A DNA stretch of 61,605 nucleotides, filler included, from Sanchytrium tribonematis (GCA_018985235.1; 8 parts of 8 records of this genome joined end to end with filler, not necessarily neighbours in it); one strand, 5' to 3'; positions 34,986-46,387 are shown, counted from the first letter of the whole stretch. A program made the numbers and translations. The notes: a model not told the origin generated them from the sequence alone.

Positions 34986-35876
34986 ATGATGTTGTTCCTT
35001 TTTGAATTAGCAATAGCTGCATTTTGCACAGCGTGTACACCCACACAAATCAAAGCGACTATTGAATTTCCATGGTTCTCAAATCGTGTCATTAAATCAT
35101 ATAAAAGACGATATTTGAATAATTTACAAGACATGGAAACCCAATTATTGCAAGAAATGTGTCATGAAATCAAGATTTTATCACAATTAGATCATGCCAA
35201 CATTATTAAAATAGATCAAACTGAATCAGATTGTGAAAAAGAGGCAAATTCAATCACATTTGCCAAATTTAATATGAAAAAGTATCCATTAAATTTAAAT
35301 GATATCGGAATGAGTTTAAATTTAAGAGCCATCATTCAATTTCCATTTCAAATGACAAGTGCATTAACGTATTTACATGACTCAACACCACCAATTGCGC
35401 ATCGAGATATTAAATTTGATAATATTTATGCTGAACAACTATTTAATGATAAAAATAGAGAATGGTATTATCACTATGTATTAGCTGATTTTGGATACGC
35501 AATTGAAATCAAGAAAGATGAGACAAATGAAATCATGACAAATCAGCGACTGGGAACGGAAGCGTATGCAGCACCAGAATTATTTGATGAAAATATAGAA
35601 AACATTGATGCAATTAAAACAGACATTTATTCATTGGGTATTTGTATAGGTCTTATGTTGAAAGTAGTCAAAAAAGTAGGCAACAGATTTGTATATTCTC
35701 AAGATTTGTCTTATAAATTTAAAAATGTTAAAACATTAGATAAGTTATCGGTTTATAGTTTAAGTGATAAATTAAAGGGCATGGTCTATTTAATGACTCA
35801 ACAAGATCCGCAATCAAGACCCACTGCATCTCAATTGTATGACTTTCTTGAATTAAATAAAATCATTGTTTATTAA
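34986..35876 (+). CDS. Lineage-specific protein kinase with a hydrophobic leader
   Basis: Leader MMLFLFELAIAAFC; VIKSY, MCHEI, HRDIKFDN, DFG, APE. Confidence 0.88.
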   Translation: MMLFLFELAIAAFCTACTPTQIKATIEFPWFSNRVIKSYKRRYLNNLQDMETQLLQEMCHEIKILSQLDHANIIKIDQTESDCEKEANSITFAKFNMKKYPLNLNDIGMSLNLRAIIQFPFQMTSALTYLHDSTPPIAHRDIKFDNIYAEQLFNDKNREWYYHYVLADFGYAIEIKKDETNEIMTNQRLGTEAYAAPELFDENIENIDAIKTDIYSLGICIGLMLKVVKKVGNRFVYSQDLSYKFKNVKTLDKLSVYSLSDKLKGMVYLMTQQDPQSRPTASQLYDFLELNKIIVY

Positions 35877-36227
35877 TAGTATTCAACGCACTGCCTGCTT
35901 TAAACCATTTTAAATGCAAATCAGTCATGGAATGCTTACATTTCACTAAAATCTCTTGATGATCTCTCTTGAATCTTAAAATAATGGGAGAATTTGGTTT
36001 TAATGCATTTAATCCATTTGTCTCTACTTTCCACAAATGGGCATTAGTAATTAAATCATAATCCTGTTTATCAATAAATGTTAATGGTAAAACACCTTGT
36101 TTCTTTAAATTGGTCTCATGAATACGCGCAAATGATTTAGCGAGGATTAATTTACAATTGAGATATCTGACTTGCATGGCTGCTGATTCTCTAGCAGATC
36201 CTTCTCCATAATTATCATCTGTAATGA
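35863..36227 (-). CDS. Mitochondrial aconitase-family C-terminal (swivel) domain; 5'-partial
   Basis: DDNYGEGSARE..., KSFARIHETNLKKQG and WFKAGSALN. Confidence 0.93.
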
Positions 36228-36353
36228 NNNNNNNNNNNNNNNNNNNNNNNNNNNNNNNNNNNNNNNNNNNNTTAATTAATTAANNNNNNNNNNNNNNNNN
36301 NNNNNNNNNNNNNNNNNNNNNNNNNNNAACCCTTTACGTCAATTTTATTTGTT

Positions 36354-36845
36354 TCAAAAGAGGATCAAGGTAGACAGTGTCAACACTGTAAATGTGGTAG
36401 TGGCAGCAGATGAAATACTATTTGGAGCTGCATATGTTGTTAAACTTCCAAATTCGGGGTCATATGGATATTTCGCAGCACAATCTCGTATTTGTGGCCC
36501 ATTTTCTGAATCTAAATCTTCCCAAAACATGACAAATTTTGCAACAAATTGAGAACATTTGTTGGGGCATCCAATCGGGTCAATTTTTGACTCTCCATCA
36601 CTCTTTGGTTCATTCCTGCAATACTCACCATCTTCTTGATGACAACCTATTGCACTACTGCGAAGATAATAGTCGTTAAAATCTTTAGCATTACATTTTG
36701 TGAATAATACTTCGGTGAAATTTCTACATTTGCCACAAATTTCTGATGGTGTTTGTCCCCAAAATTTCTTTATACAATGTGAAGCAGCAAGATTAGCAGC
36801 TTGACAATTTGATGACAATGATGAATTTGATGATAATAATGACAT
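36354..36845 (-). CDS. Small Cys-rich protein with a GPI-signal-like hydrophobic C-terminus
   Basis: About 10 Cys; ends NSISSAATTTFTVLTLSTLILF. Confidence 0.6.
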   Translation of the reverse strand: MSLLSSNSSLSSNCQAANLAASHCIKKFWGQTPSEICGKCRNFTEVLFTKCNAKDFNDYYLRSSAIGCHQEDGEYCRNEPKSDGESKIDPIGCPNKCSQFVAKFVMFWEDLDSENGPQIRDCAAKYPYDPEFGSLTTYAAPNSISSAATTTFTVLTLSTLILF

Positions 36846-37026
36846 TTTCACAGTTTTTCAATTCAATCATTTGTAGTTTTATAAACCAATCACAGACACA
36901 AGTGAAAAACTGGCAAGCTTTTTCAAAATTCGATTGACATTTCCTGACATGTTGATTTAATAATCTAATTACCCAGTTTCATTGATTTCATCTCATTGTC
37001 ATTTCTCCATGTTTTCTCCTTGACAC

Positions 37027-38328
37027 ATGAACATTGAATCCAACAAACAATCTTCTACCCACTCCCACATCAAGGGATTATCCTCATTAATTGGCCAACC
37101 ACAAGCAATAGAATCCACCCAACTCATTCTACAACTCATTCAAGAATCCAAATTATCAGGTAGATCCATTTTATTCACAGGTCCCACAGGAACTGGTAAA
37201 ACTGCCATTGCCCTCGCATTATCCAATGAATTAAAAGTACCATTCACTAGTACCATTGCATCTCAAGTGTATTCACATCAATCCAACAAATCAGAGTATT
37301 TAACCATTTTAATGCGACAATCCATTGCCATTAAAATCAAGGAAATTAAACAAGTTTATGAGGGTCAATTGACGCAATATGATGTCATTGAAGATACAGA
37401 TCCATTAAATGGCTATTCCAAGATCATCTCTCATCTCCAAATCACTTTAAAAAGTCAAAAAGGATCCAAACAATTAAAATTAGATGCGTCCATGTATCAT
37501 GCTTTCCAATCCAACCATATCCAATTAAATGATGTCATTTACATTGAATCAAATAGTGGACTCGTTAAACGATGTGGTAAATCAGATGCATTCGCAAATG
37601 AATATGATTTAGAAAATGAAACTTATGTCCCAATTCCAAAAGGAGATGTCTTTAAATCAAAAACAGTCATTCAGACAGTCACTCTACATGATCTAGATGA
37701 GTCTAATACATCCAATGATCCTGTCAATGGCTCATTAACTCAATTAAATGCATCTGGCATCTCAAATAGTCGCATTTTATCATCTAGTAAAACTAGCAAA
37801 TTAAGAAATGAAATTAACAAAGTAGTAAATGAATATATCAATCAGGGCATTGCTGAATTGTGTCCTGGTGTGTTATTTATTGATGAATGTCATTTATTAG
37901 ATGTGGAATGTTGGGCATTTTTAAATAAAGCCATGGAATCTCCAATTGCTCCAATTATCATTTATGCGACGAATAAAGGACATTGTTTGATTAAAGGAAC
38001 AGATGAAATGGGATCTCATGGCGTGCCATCTGATATGTTGGATCGATTATTGATTATTAAAACCAATCCATTTAATATTGTAGAAATGAAGGAAATTATT
38101 GCGTGTAAGAGTATTGAAGATGATTTAAAGTGGACAGATGCAGAATTAGATGAATTGAGTCAACTGGGAATGAAATATGGGATTAGATATGCTTTACAAT
38201 GTATGGAATATTATTATTTGATGAAACATGACACAGAATTGGGAGAAATGACAGATGTGACATTGGATGACGTGACTGGATTGTTTATGGATGCAGGGAC
38301 CAGTGCGGGATTGTTGGAAGGGAAATAA
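37027..38328 (+). CDS. RVB1: RuvB-like AAA+ ATPase 1 (divergent)
   Basis: HSHIKGL, GPTGTGKT, VYEG, YVPIPKGDVFK, VTLHDLD, PGVLFIDECH and LDRLLII. Confidence 0.93.
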   Translation: MNIESNKQSSTHSHIKGLSSLIGQPQAIESTQLILQLIQESKLSGRSILFTGPTGTGKTAIALALSNELKVPFTSTIASQVYSHQSNKSEYLTILMRQSIAIKIKEIKQVYEGQLTQYDVIEDTDPLNGYSKIISHLQITLKSQKGSKQLKLDASMYHAFQSNHIQLNDVIYIESNSGLVKRCGKSDAFANEYDLENETYVPIPKGDVFKSKTVIQTVTLHDLDESNTSNDPVNGSLTQLNASGISNSRILSSSKTSKLRNEINKVVNEYINQGIAELCPGVLFIDECHLLDVECWAFLNKAMESPIAPIIIYATNKGHCLIKGTDEMGSHGVPSDMLDRLLIIKTNPFNIVEMKEIIACKSIEDDLKWTDAELDELSQLGMKYGIRYALQCMEYYYLMKHDTELGEMTDVTLDDVTGLFMDAGTSAGLLEGK

Positions 38329-38362
38329 ATAAAATATTTCACATTGTTTTAACAAGCCACTC

Positions 38363-41144
38363 ATGTACGCGCTATTTTTGACATTGCTTGCTGTTTCTAT
38401 AGATTGTTCAATAGTGATTCAATTGGGTATAGACATGGATATCAAGTATACAAATACAGAATATCAAATACAGTATGAAAAAGATTGTTGTTTGGGATAT
38501 GGTGTGATTTGTGAAAATGAACGAGTTGTTGAACTACATTGGGACTTTACAAGTAATTATGCGGGTGCTAGATATCCAATATTACATTTCCCGCCCATGT
38601 TACGCGTATTAAATTTGAGATATAGTCAAAAATCAATGATTATTCAAGAATTACCAGATACGTTGAAAGTAATGGATTTATATGGTGCGTATGACATTCA
38701 ATTAAATCTAAAAGTGTTTCCCAACTTGAGATTTCTTGGTTTATTTAGATTCTCAACATCTTTTATGCCAAAATTACCAAAAATACCAGAATCTGTAGAA
38801 TATTTGGATTTGGTGAATTACTATTCATACGAAATATTCCCATCTAAAAATAGCAATTTGAAAGTATTTTATGGATATGATGAATCATATGAAATGCCAT
38901 TTCCAGATCTTCCAGATGGCCTTGAAGTGGTAGAAATAATTGGTTCTAAATTAAAAGGCCCTATTTCTTTCAAATTCCCACATATTACTGATCTATATCT
39001 TACAAATTCTCTATTAAATGGTAATTTGACTATTTTATCACCTAATATCACTAGTTTGTATATTTATGACAGTTCATTTGATAATTTATATCTCCCATAT
39101 CCGGAGAAAGTTCAAAGCTGCGCATTGTCATCCGTATTTGATACTGAAAGCAATTTAACATTGAGTAAATTACCCTGTACATATACGCTGAAATCACCAA
39201 GATCTGTTGATTGTGATTCTATCATTTTATTTGCACGCCAATTAAATATGCATTTGACAAATCCAGAATACTGCAATTATCTCTCAACCAGTTCAAATTG
39301 CTGCGATGACCAGTTTTACCACGTGCAATGTAAAAATAATAGAATTTATGATATTTATTTTGAACGAATGAATTTAAATGGTACACTAAATACGACACTC
39401 TTGCCTGATACTCTTGAATTTATTTACCTACATGACAACCATTTACAAGGTGAATTCCCTAATTTGACTCATTTTACGAATCTACATACGATTTATATGG
39501 ATAATAACCAATTTAGTGGTCCTATTATGAATAAATTACCAGTACAGTTGAAAGTATTATATGCAAATTATAATCAATTAAATGGCACAATTCCAAATTT
39601 GAATTTACTCCAGGATTTGTTTTTAAGGGGAAATCAATTTGAAAATGTAGAAAATCAATTAATAGGCAATTCGATTCACAATATTGATATTTCTTATAAT
39701 CAGATTAAAGGAATCTTTGACATGTCTAATTATCAAGGTTCTACTTCATTTAATTTTCAAAGCAATTTTATTGATTTCATCATCACCACTTCAAAAATAT
39801 CCTCTTATTATTGTGATGTGACCATGAATCAATTAAATCAATCTGCATTAACTAATTTTATAAATTGTAATTACCAAATTCAAAGATATACACCCAATCA
39901 ATGCATGAATTATATGAAACTAGCTCAAAAAATGGATATTTTGAATCTAGATCGTGATCAAAATTGTTGTGCATCTAATCCATATATCAAATGTGATTAC
40001 AACATTATGACTGAATTGACAATTGCGTATCATCATCATATAAATTCATTTCATGGATACGCATTTTCAATTCAAGATTTGCCACTTAGTTTGAAGAAAT
40101 TATTGATTTTACAGCCATTTAATCAAAGTACCATGATTCCACCATTGATTCCTGGTCATATTAAATATTTAGAATTCACAAATGCAAATATTAGTGGTTA
40201 TTTACCACAATTTGCAGAAGGATTAGAAACATTAAAATTGACAAATCTTAAATTAATGGGTGGTTTGCCATTACTCCCGAGTACATTAAAAATATTAGAT
40301 GTGACCTATTGTGAATTATCTGGTGGGATTCCACCCCTTCCACCCAATTTACAAGCATTGTATTTAAATGGGAATCAATTGAGTGGTCCATTGCCAGTAT
40401 TCCCTGATTCGCTTTCAATCGTGGTATTGGGTGATAAAGTGAATGAAGGCAATACATTTACTGGCACACTCAATTTATATAAACCATCTTTAATCATTTT
40501 AGGAAATATTAATATTTCAAATGTGCAAATTAATGACACTTCAAAACTTGTAAATTGTGATTTATCATTTAATCCACTCTCAAATAGCACATTATTGAGT
40601 AATTATACCATTTGTACACAATTTTATTTGACTGCAAAACCACTTTTAATGCAAATTGAGAGTACCAAAAGTAAAACTAGCTCATGGTTTTCCACAGATA
40701 CTACAAATTTGCCACAATCAAGTGAATCAACTTCAACAGTGTCAACAATAGTTGCACAATCAAGTGAAATAAGCACCATGGAAGATCCAGAAATGCTACA
40801 ATCCAGTAATTTATGATAATTTAGTCAAAAGACGTGCTATTTTTAAAGCAAGTGCAACTTTAACCACTTTACAAAGCTACTTTTTTACGAATACAACCCA
40901 AATTAATACGCAAACCAATACACAATCTATAATTAATTTGTCTAAATTTGATAAACCTGTAATTGTAATCAAATGGACATGGCAAATTATATTAAGTATT
41001 GTTTTGGATTTATTGGTGATGTATAATATCATTTTTGCAGTTTATAGTGGAAGAAAGAGGAAATCAAAGCAGCTATACAATCAAGCTAATAGTTATGTGT
41101 TCTGTATTGCCACTGGACACTTGCAAATCACTCATTATCAGTAA
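38363..41144 (+). CDS. Receptor-like LRR protein (short leader, three Cys-capped LRR modules, Ser/Thr stalk, C-terminal TM); exons 38363-40805 and 40825-41144
   Basis: Repeated SxDC...CC...C.N.RI caps and LxLxxNxLxGxIP repeats; splicing adds TM WQIILSIVLDLLVMYNIIFAVY followed by RKRK. Confidence 0.85.
40806..40824 (+). other. 19-nt spliceosomal intron GTAATTTATGATAATTTAG
   Basis: Removal gives QS|IKRRAIFKAS in frame to the TM exon; same position and phase as in the contig-7 paralog. Confidence 0.9.
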
Positions 41145-41153
41145 AGGTATTTA

Positions 41154-41307
41154 TTATTCATCTTCTTCTCTTTTATGTTCTCTATTTGCCACATTTGGCA
41201 ATTTCACATCTCTATCAACCCAATCACCTGGGTCACTTCCTACTTGTTCTCGCTTCTCGTTGCCATCCTCGTTGCCATCCATTTGCCAATTCAAAATGAG
41301 ATGATTC
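41154..41307 (-). CDS. C-terminal fragment of an unidentified gene (5'-partial)
   Basis: Open frame from the contig end: NHLILNWQMDGNEDGNEKREQ...HKREEDE*. Confidence 0.4.
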
Positions 41308-41407
41308 NNNNNNNNNNNNNNNNNNNNNNNNNNNNNNNNNNNNNNNNNNNNTTAATTAATTAANNNNNNNNNNNNNNNNNNNNNNNNNNNNNNNNNNNNN
41401 NNNNNNN

Positions 41408-41584
41408 CATCAATTGCACCTGGTGGTATATAGGACTTATTTAGGAGGTTACACTATTAAATTAGAAAGCTACGATCAAGATGGTGAATTAATTTTCTGC
41501 TTCAGTGGTTCATTCACCTTGAAGAAAAAAGAAATTCCAAGTGGAAAATTCTCTCCTTATAGCAGATACAATAAATTAGATTAG
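41408..41584 (+). CDS. ML/NPC2-like lipid-binding domain C-terminus; 5'-partial; exons 41408-41425 and 41445-41584
   Basis: Spliced product SIAPGG|GYTIKLESYDQDGELIFCFSGSFTL matches the ML-domain C-terminal pattern. Confidence 0.65.
   Translation, partial: HQLHLVVYRTYLGGYTIKLESYDQDGELIFCFSGSFTLKKKEIPSGKFSPYSRYNKLD
41426..41444 (+). other. 19-nt spliceosomal intron GTATATAGGACTTATTTAG
   Basis: Fits the consensus, and removal yields an ML-like P-x-G-x-Y junction. Confidence 0.8.
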
Positions 41585-41617
41585 ATGAAATTTCTCCTAC
41601 ATTGCCTCATATCTCTC

Positions 41618-41881
41618 ATGTCAAAGGTTCAAATCAAATTATTTGCAATGGGATCGTCCACACCACAAATTCGACAGAGTCAATTAAAAATTAGTGATCA
41701 AACAACTATTTCACAATTGATTGCATTTATAAAAAAACAAATCAAAGTCGACAGCTTGTTCATTTACATAAATAATCAATTTTCTCCATCGCTTAATGAA
41801 ATACTCTCTAGCTTAACAGCCGTTTACGGAAAGGATGGTAACTTGGTCATTTATTACTGTATATCGCCTGCTCTGGGTTAG
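41618..41881 (+). CDS. ATG12: Ubiquitin-like autophagy protein Atg12
   Basis: KVQIKLFAMGSSTP, SLFIYINNQFSPS and LVIYYCISPALG with a C-terminal Gly. Confidence 0.92.
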   Translation: MSKVQIKLFAMGSSTPQIRQSQLKISDQTTISQLIAFIKKQIKVDSLFIYINNQFSPSLNEILSSLTAVYGKDGNLVIYYCISPALG

Positions 41882-41900
41882 CGATTATCTCCTTGAAATT

Positions 41901-42488
41901 ATGAGCACTCGTAAAATAAATACTTCATATCGTGTGCCATTTCTCTATGGAAATTTTACAATCCAATTGCATAAACCCAGTCCAGAAAATCCAGAATTGC
42001 ATACCCACCGATGGACTTTGTTTGTGAGAGGTGTTAATGGCGAAGATATATCATATTATGTTTCCAAAGTGGAATTTAAATTACACGAATCTTTTGTAGA
42101 TCCAATTAGAACTATTGCAGAACCGCCATTTGAATTAACAGAAACGGGGTGGGGCGAATTTGCCGTCGGAATGAAGGTTTATTTCGTTGATCCAGTCGAA
42201 AAGCCAATATCTCTGAGCCACAGATTAGCTCTTTTTGAGCACAACGATCTTCCAAATACTTTAAAAATTGAGAGATATAGGGGCGGTGTCAAAAGTGAGT
42301 ATTATGACGAATTTGTATTCCAGGACCCCACCACTGACATGTGCAGAATACTAGAAGCAAATATACACAAGTCTCTGCCTATTCTTGAAAATGTAGATAG
42401 TTTTTATACCAAGGAATTAGAAGACAAATTAATGACTGAGTTGGATGAAGCAGAGATTGAAATTCTAGCAGAACTTGAGGCAAAGTAA
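41901..42488 (+). CDS. YAF9: YEATS-domain protein Yaf9
   Basis: HTHRWTLFVRG, KVEFKLHESF and PPFELTETGWGEF. Confidence 0.92.
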   Translation: MSTRKINTSYRVPFLYGNFTIQLHKPSPENPELHTHRWTLFVRGVNGEDISYYVSKVEFKLHESFVDPIRTIAEPPFELTETGWGEFAVGMKVYFVDPVEKPISLSHRLALFEHNDLPNTLKIERYRGGVKSEYYDEFVFQDPTTDMCRILEANIHKSLPILENVDSFYTKELEDKLMTELDEAEIEILAELEAK

Positions 42489-42602
42489 AATTTTATTGGT
42501 TAAGTATATAATCCTAAACACTCATTCAGATGAATTTTATTCAGAGCAATTAGTTTTGCGCTGTACAACTAAATAAACTCTGAAACATTTTTTCTTCCAT
42601 TT

Positions 42603-43133
42603 ATGCTAGAGCAATTGAGAAGAACAACTTTCAAAAAAATGCCAAAACTCTTTTCCGAAGAACTTCAAGGAAGTCAAAGAAGCGTAAGTGTACAAACTGA
42701 GATAGTTGTAGAGCCTTTTCAATGTTCGATTTGCCTAGATGTTGCTAGCAGTCCAATAACTACTAAATGTGGCCATTTATTTTGTTTTAAATGTATAAAG
42801 TCATGGTTCGACGTATCCTTTAAGTTGAGCTGTCCGGTTTGCAAACAAAATTCTGGCTTTAAACATTTAATTCCGATTTACATAAACAACGATGAGAAAC
42901 ATGCTTTTGATTATCAAGAGGAAATTCCAGAGGAGTTTAATAATAGAAACAGACCCAGAAGCAATCCATTCCATCGCTTTAATCCATTTGCACCCTATGC
43001 CTTTGGAGATGCAAATTTTGGACATCAATTTGTATTTGATCTCAATGGCACACCGATTCGTAATCGAAATGAGAGCGGCTGGCTGCTTATTTTTGGCGCT
43101 ATGCTTATGTTCTTTGTGGTATATCCATATTAA
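42603..43133 (+). CDS. RNF5/RNF185-like C3HC4 RING E3 ligase, tail-anchored
   Basis: FQCSICLD..CGHLFCFKCI..CPVCK..LIPIY plus a C-terminal TM. Confidence 0.85.
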   Translation: MLEQLRRTTFKKMPKLFSEELQGSQRSVSVQTEIVVEPFQCSICLDVASSPITTKCGHLFCFKCIKSWFDVSFKLSCPVCKQNSGFKHLIPIYINNDEKHAFDYQEEIPEEFNNRNRPRSNPFHRFNPFAPYAFGDANFGHQFVFDLNGTPIRNRNESGWLLIFGAMLMFFVVYPY

Positions 43134-43192
43134 TTCTTGATTGGACAGTTTCACGTGAAATTGAAATATCATACTACTTTTTAAATAAACTC

Positions 43193-43382
43193 ATGTTGCA
43201 TCAAGGGTGTCAGAGTAAACTTACTGATTCTTTTGAATATCTATCTCTGGGGAAGGTCTGAGATCCGCTAGTGTGATACAACGAGTGTAATGCTCGGGCA
43301 ACTGGACCAGTTATTGAAATCGGTTGTCGGATAAAATATTAGCTAGATCCCTCCTACTCAATTCAGACTATGATGCTAACAT
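43193..43382 (+). ncRNA. RPR1: Nuclear RNase P RNA, minimal (~190 nt)
   Basis: CR-I GGGAAGGTCTGAGA (43250-43263) and CR-V ACTCAATTCAGACTA (43356-43370) form the P4 pseudoknot. P1 is ATGTTGCATCA/TGATGCTAACAT; P3 is CAGAG/CTCTG with ATTC-TTTT-GAAT; P7 is ATCCG/CGGAT; P9 is CGAGT/GCTCG. Confidence 0.9.
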
Positions 43383-43578
43383 CCCGGGCCTTTGGCCTGG
43401 TCCCTAGTTTTTACACTTTCAAAATCTATAAAATGGAATTGTCTCACTGCTAAATTTCTCTTTACGATTTTTTTCTTTTGTCGCTCAATTTGGAAATACT
43501 TCTTTGAGATACTCCAGGATTTGATGCTACATATAATTTCTTGAAAATTAAATTTTCGAAACAAATCGCAATACAATT

Positions 43579-46387
43579 ATGACTGAAGTATATATTGACA
43601 GAGGAGGAACATTCACAGATTGCGTATATTATCAAAATGCGAAATGGGAAGCTTTTAAGATTCCCTCTTCTAATACTAGCATTGCTGACTGTCTTTTAAA
43701 AGTCGCAAAATCAACTGATAAAATTCCCCTTTTAAAATTCGAAAGAATAGTCATCTCCAGCACACTGGCAACAAATACCTTATTAGAAGAGTCTGGTCCG
43801 GAAGTAGCACTAGTTGTCACTAAAGGATTCAAGGACATTCTAAAGATTGGAGACCAGCGAAGACCTCACTTATTTGATCTTGATATTCCCCAAAAGAAAA
43901 TTATATACAAAAAAGTTTACGAAATTGACGAAAGAATAACTTTAACTCCAAGTAAGCTATGCTCTTTTCAAAGTGAAGATTATTACGAAAGACCTGTGAA
44001 AAAGTCGGATCTTGATAGCCTTGTTCATAATTTAAAACAAGACGAAATCCAAAATGTAGCTCTTTCGTTGGTCCATAGTGCTCAAATAAACCTTCACGAA
44101 GAAACAATTGCAGAGTATTTGCAAAACGCCGGTATCACTGTGGTGAAATCTTCTTCCTATCCAATCAAGAATTACCTTGATCGCACCTCCATATCTGTTT
44201 TGGATGCATACTTAAACCCTGTCCTTAATCAAGCTATGATCGTTTTGTTCAACAAGTTTGATGATCCCGAACTCGCTAAATCGAAAGTATTAATGATGAC
44301 ATCGATGGGTACCTTGAAATTAGCAATACACACAACCGGAACCGAGGCGCTTCTGTCGGGTCCGGCTGGAGGTCTCATAAGCCTTAAAAATTTGTATACT
44401 ACAGCACTCGGTAAAGAAATCGGTCTCATTGGTCTGGATATGGGTGGAACCAGCACCGATTTATCACGATTTGGTGGCTCGAAGATCGAACGCACACAAG
44501 AATATAAGCACGAGAATATTTCTATAAACTTAAATTTTGTGGATATTCAGACCCTTGCTGCTGGAGGTGGTTCTGTACTCTCTTTTGTTAATGGATTATT
44601 GAAAGTAGGACCTGAGAGTGTTGGTAGCAATCCAGGGCCGTTGATGTACAACAAAAATGGTCAATTCGCTGCCATTTCAGATGCGAATGCAGTTCTGGGT
44701 TATCTTCAGCCAAAATATTTTCCTAAATGCTTTGGTTCACATAATGATCAGTCGCTGAATGTAGAATTATCAAAAGATGGTATACAATTGCTTGCGAATG
44801 ACATAAATTTGCATTATAAGACGAACAAGTCACTGGAAGAGGTCGCCTTGGGGTATTTGAAAATTGCTTGTAACAACATGGGATCCAAGATTCGGTCCAT
44901 CACACAATTTAAGGGATTTCAGCTTGAAAATCATATTTTAAATGTTTTTGGTGGAGCGGGTGCGCAAATAGCCTGTCTCCTTGGGAAAATTCTAAAAATC
45001 GATGTAATAATGATTCACAGAATGGCTTCGGTTCAAAGTGCTTTCGGTTTAAGTAGCAGTAGTATAACAGTCCGAAATTCAAAAGCAGTCCAGTTTCCTT
45101 TAGGTTCTTTAGAAATCGCTAATGTCTACAACCAATTGCTATTGTTAAATGAATGTGAAATAGAAAAGTCTTTTAAAAAGTTCCCTTTTGACCATCAGGC
45201 TTTTCTTAATTGTAGATATTTTGGAAGTAACACGGAAATCGAAGTTTCTTTGGAAAATGCAAAATTCGAGTTTGAACAGGAGCATGAACGTTTGTTTGGC
45301 TTCAATTTACAACGAGATATTGAAGTTACTGTAGTTAGATTAAGAAGCACAATGGTTCAAGAACAAACCAAAAGACAAACTCTTTTTGAAGAATTTAAAA
45401 GCACTGTTCTCAAGAAACCAATCGCATCGCCAAACTATCATGATTGCTATTTTGAGAAATGGGTAAAAGTTCCGTTTTATAATCTTGACCAGTTGGAAAA
45501 ATGTAAAATTAATGGGCCTTGCATTTTGTATGACGCAAATTCTACAATTGTAGTGCAGGCCCAATATTCTGCCAGTGTATTGACCGATGGAGTTGTTTTG
45601 GTGAATGATAGTGAAAAGAATATTTTAGAGCCAACTGAAACTTTTGATATTGATCCAGTAGCATTGAGTGTTCATAGTAATAGGTTTATGTCTATTGCGG
45701 AAGAAATGGGTGCTACATTGCAAAAAACGGCAGTTAGCGTAAATATTAAGGAAAGACTCGATTATTCCTGCGCGCTGTTTAGCTCAAACGGAGACTTGAT
45801 TAGCAATGCTCCTCACATTCCAGTTCATTTGGGCTCGATGTCTCGCTGTGTCAAAGAAGCTGTTATTCAAAAACACGAAATCAATCCTGGTGATGTTTTT
45901 TGCACCAATGATCCTGCTTTTGGCGGGACTCATTTGCCAGATATTACGGTAATAACTCCTGTTTTTGTAGACAATGTACTAAGGATGTTTACCGCTTCAC
46001 GAGGACATCATGCAGACATTGGGGGATCAAAACCAGGATCTATGCCTTCGAATTCGAAATTTCTTAGCGAAGAAGGTGCATTGATTTCAAGTATTCGAAT
46101 AGTGAAGGAAAATGAGTTTCAAGAAAAGGAAATACAAGCGATTTTACTCGGTGCAAAGACAAGAAATTACAGTGACAATATAAGTGATCTTAAAGCACAG
46201 ATTGCCGCAAATAAAAAAGGCGCCACGCTAGCTTTAGAACTAGCAAAATCTGTTGGTATTGAAACTATGGAGCACTATATGAATCTCATTGTGCAAAATG
46301 CAAGCTCCGCGGTTATGGCTTTTTTCAAGAAAACTTGTGAAACACTGGGTCCAAAACTTACTGCTTTTGATTTTTTGGATGATGGTA
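43579..46387 (+). CDS. OXP1: 5-oxoprolinase (hydantoinase A+B fusion); 3'-partial
   Basis: IDRGGTFTD, LLSGPAGG, DMGGTSTD, NIKERLDYSCALF, APHIPVHLGSM and RGHHADIGG. Confidence 0.95.

Noticed and set aside
43193..43382. RNase MRP RNA identity
   Set aside because: The P4 strands are GGTCTGA/TCAGAC (RNase P type), not the GTCCCC/GGGGC type of MRP.
43376..43576. 66-aa minus-strand ORF
   Set aside because: It has a non-ATG start, no recognisable motif, and overlaps the RNase P RNA 3' end.
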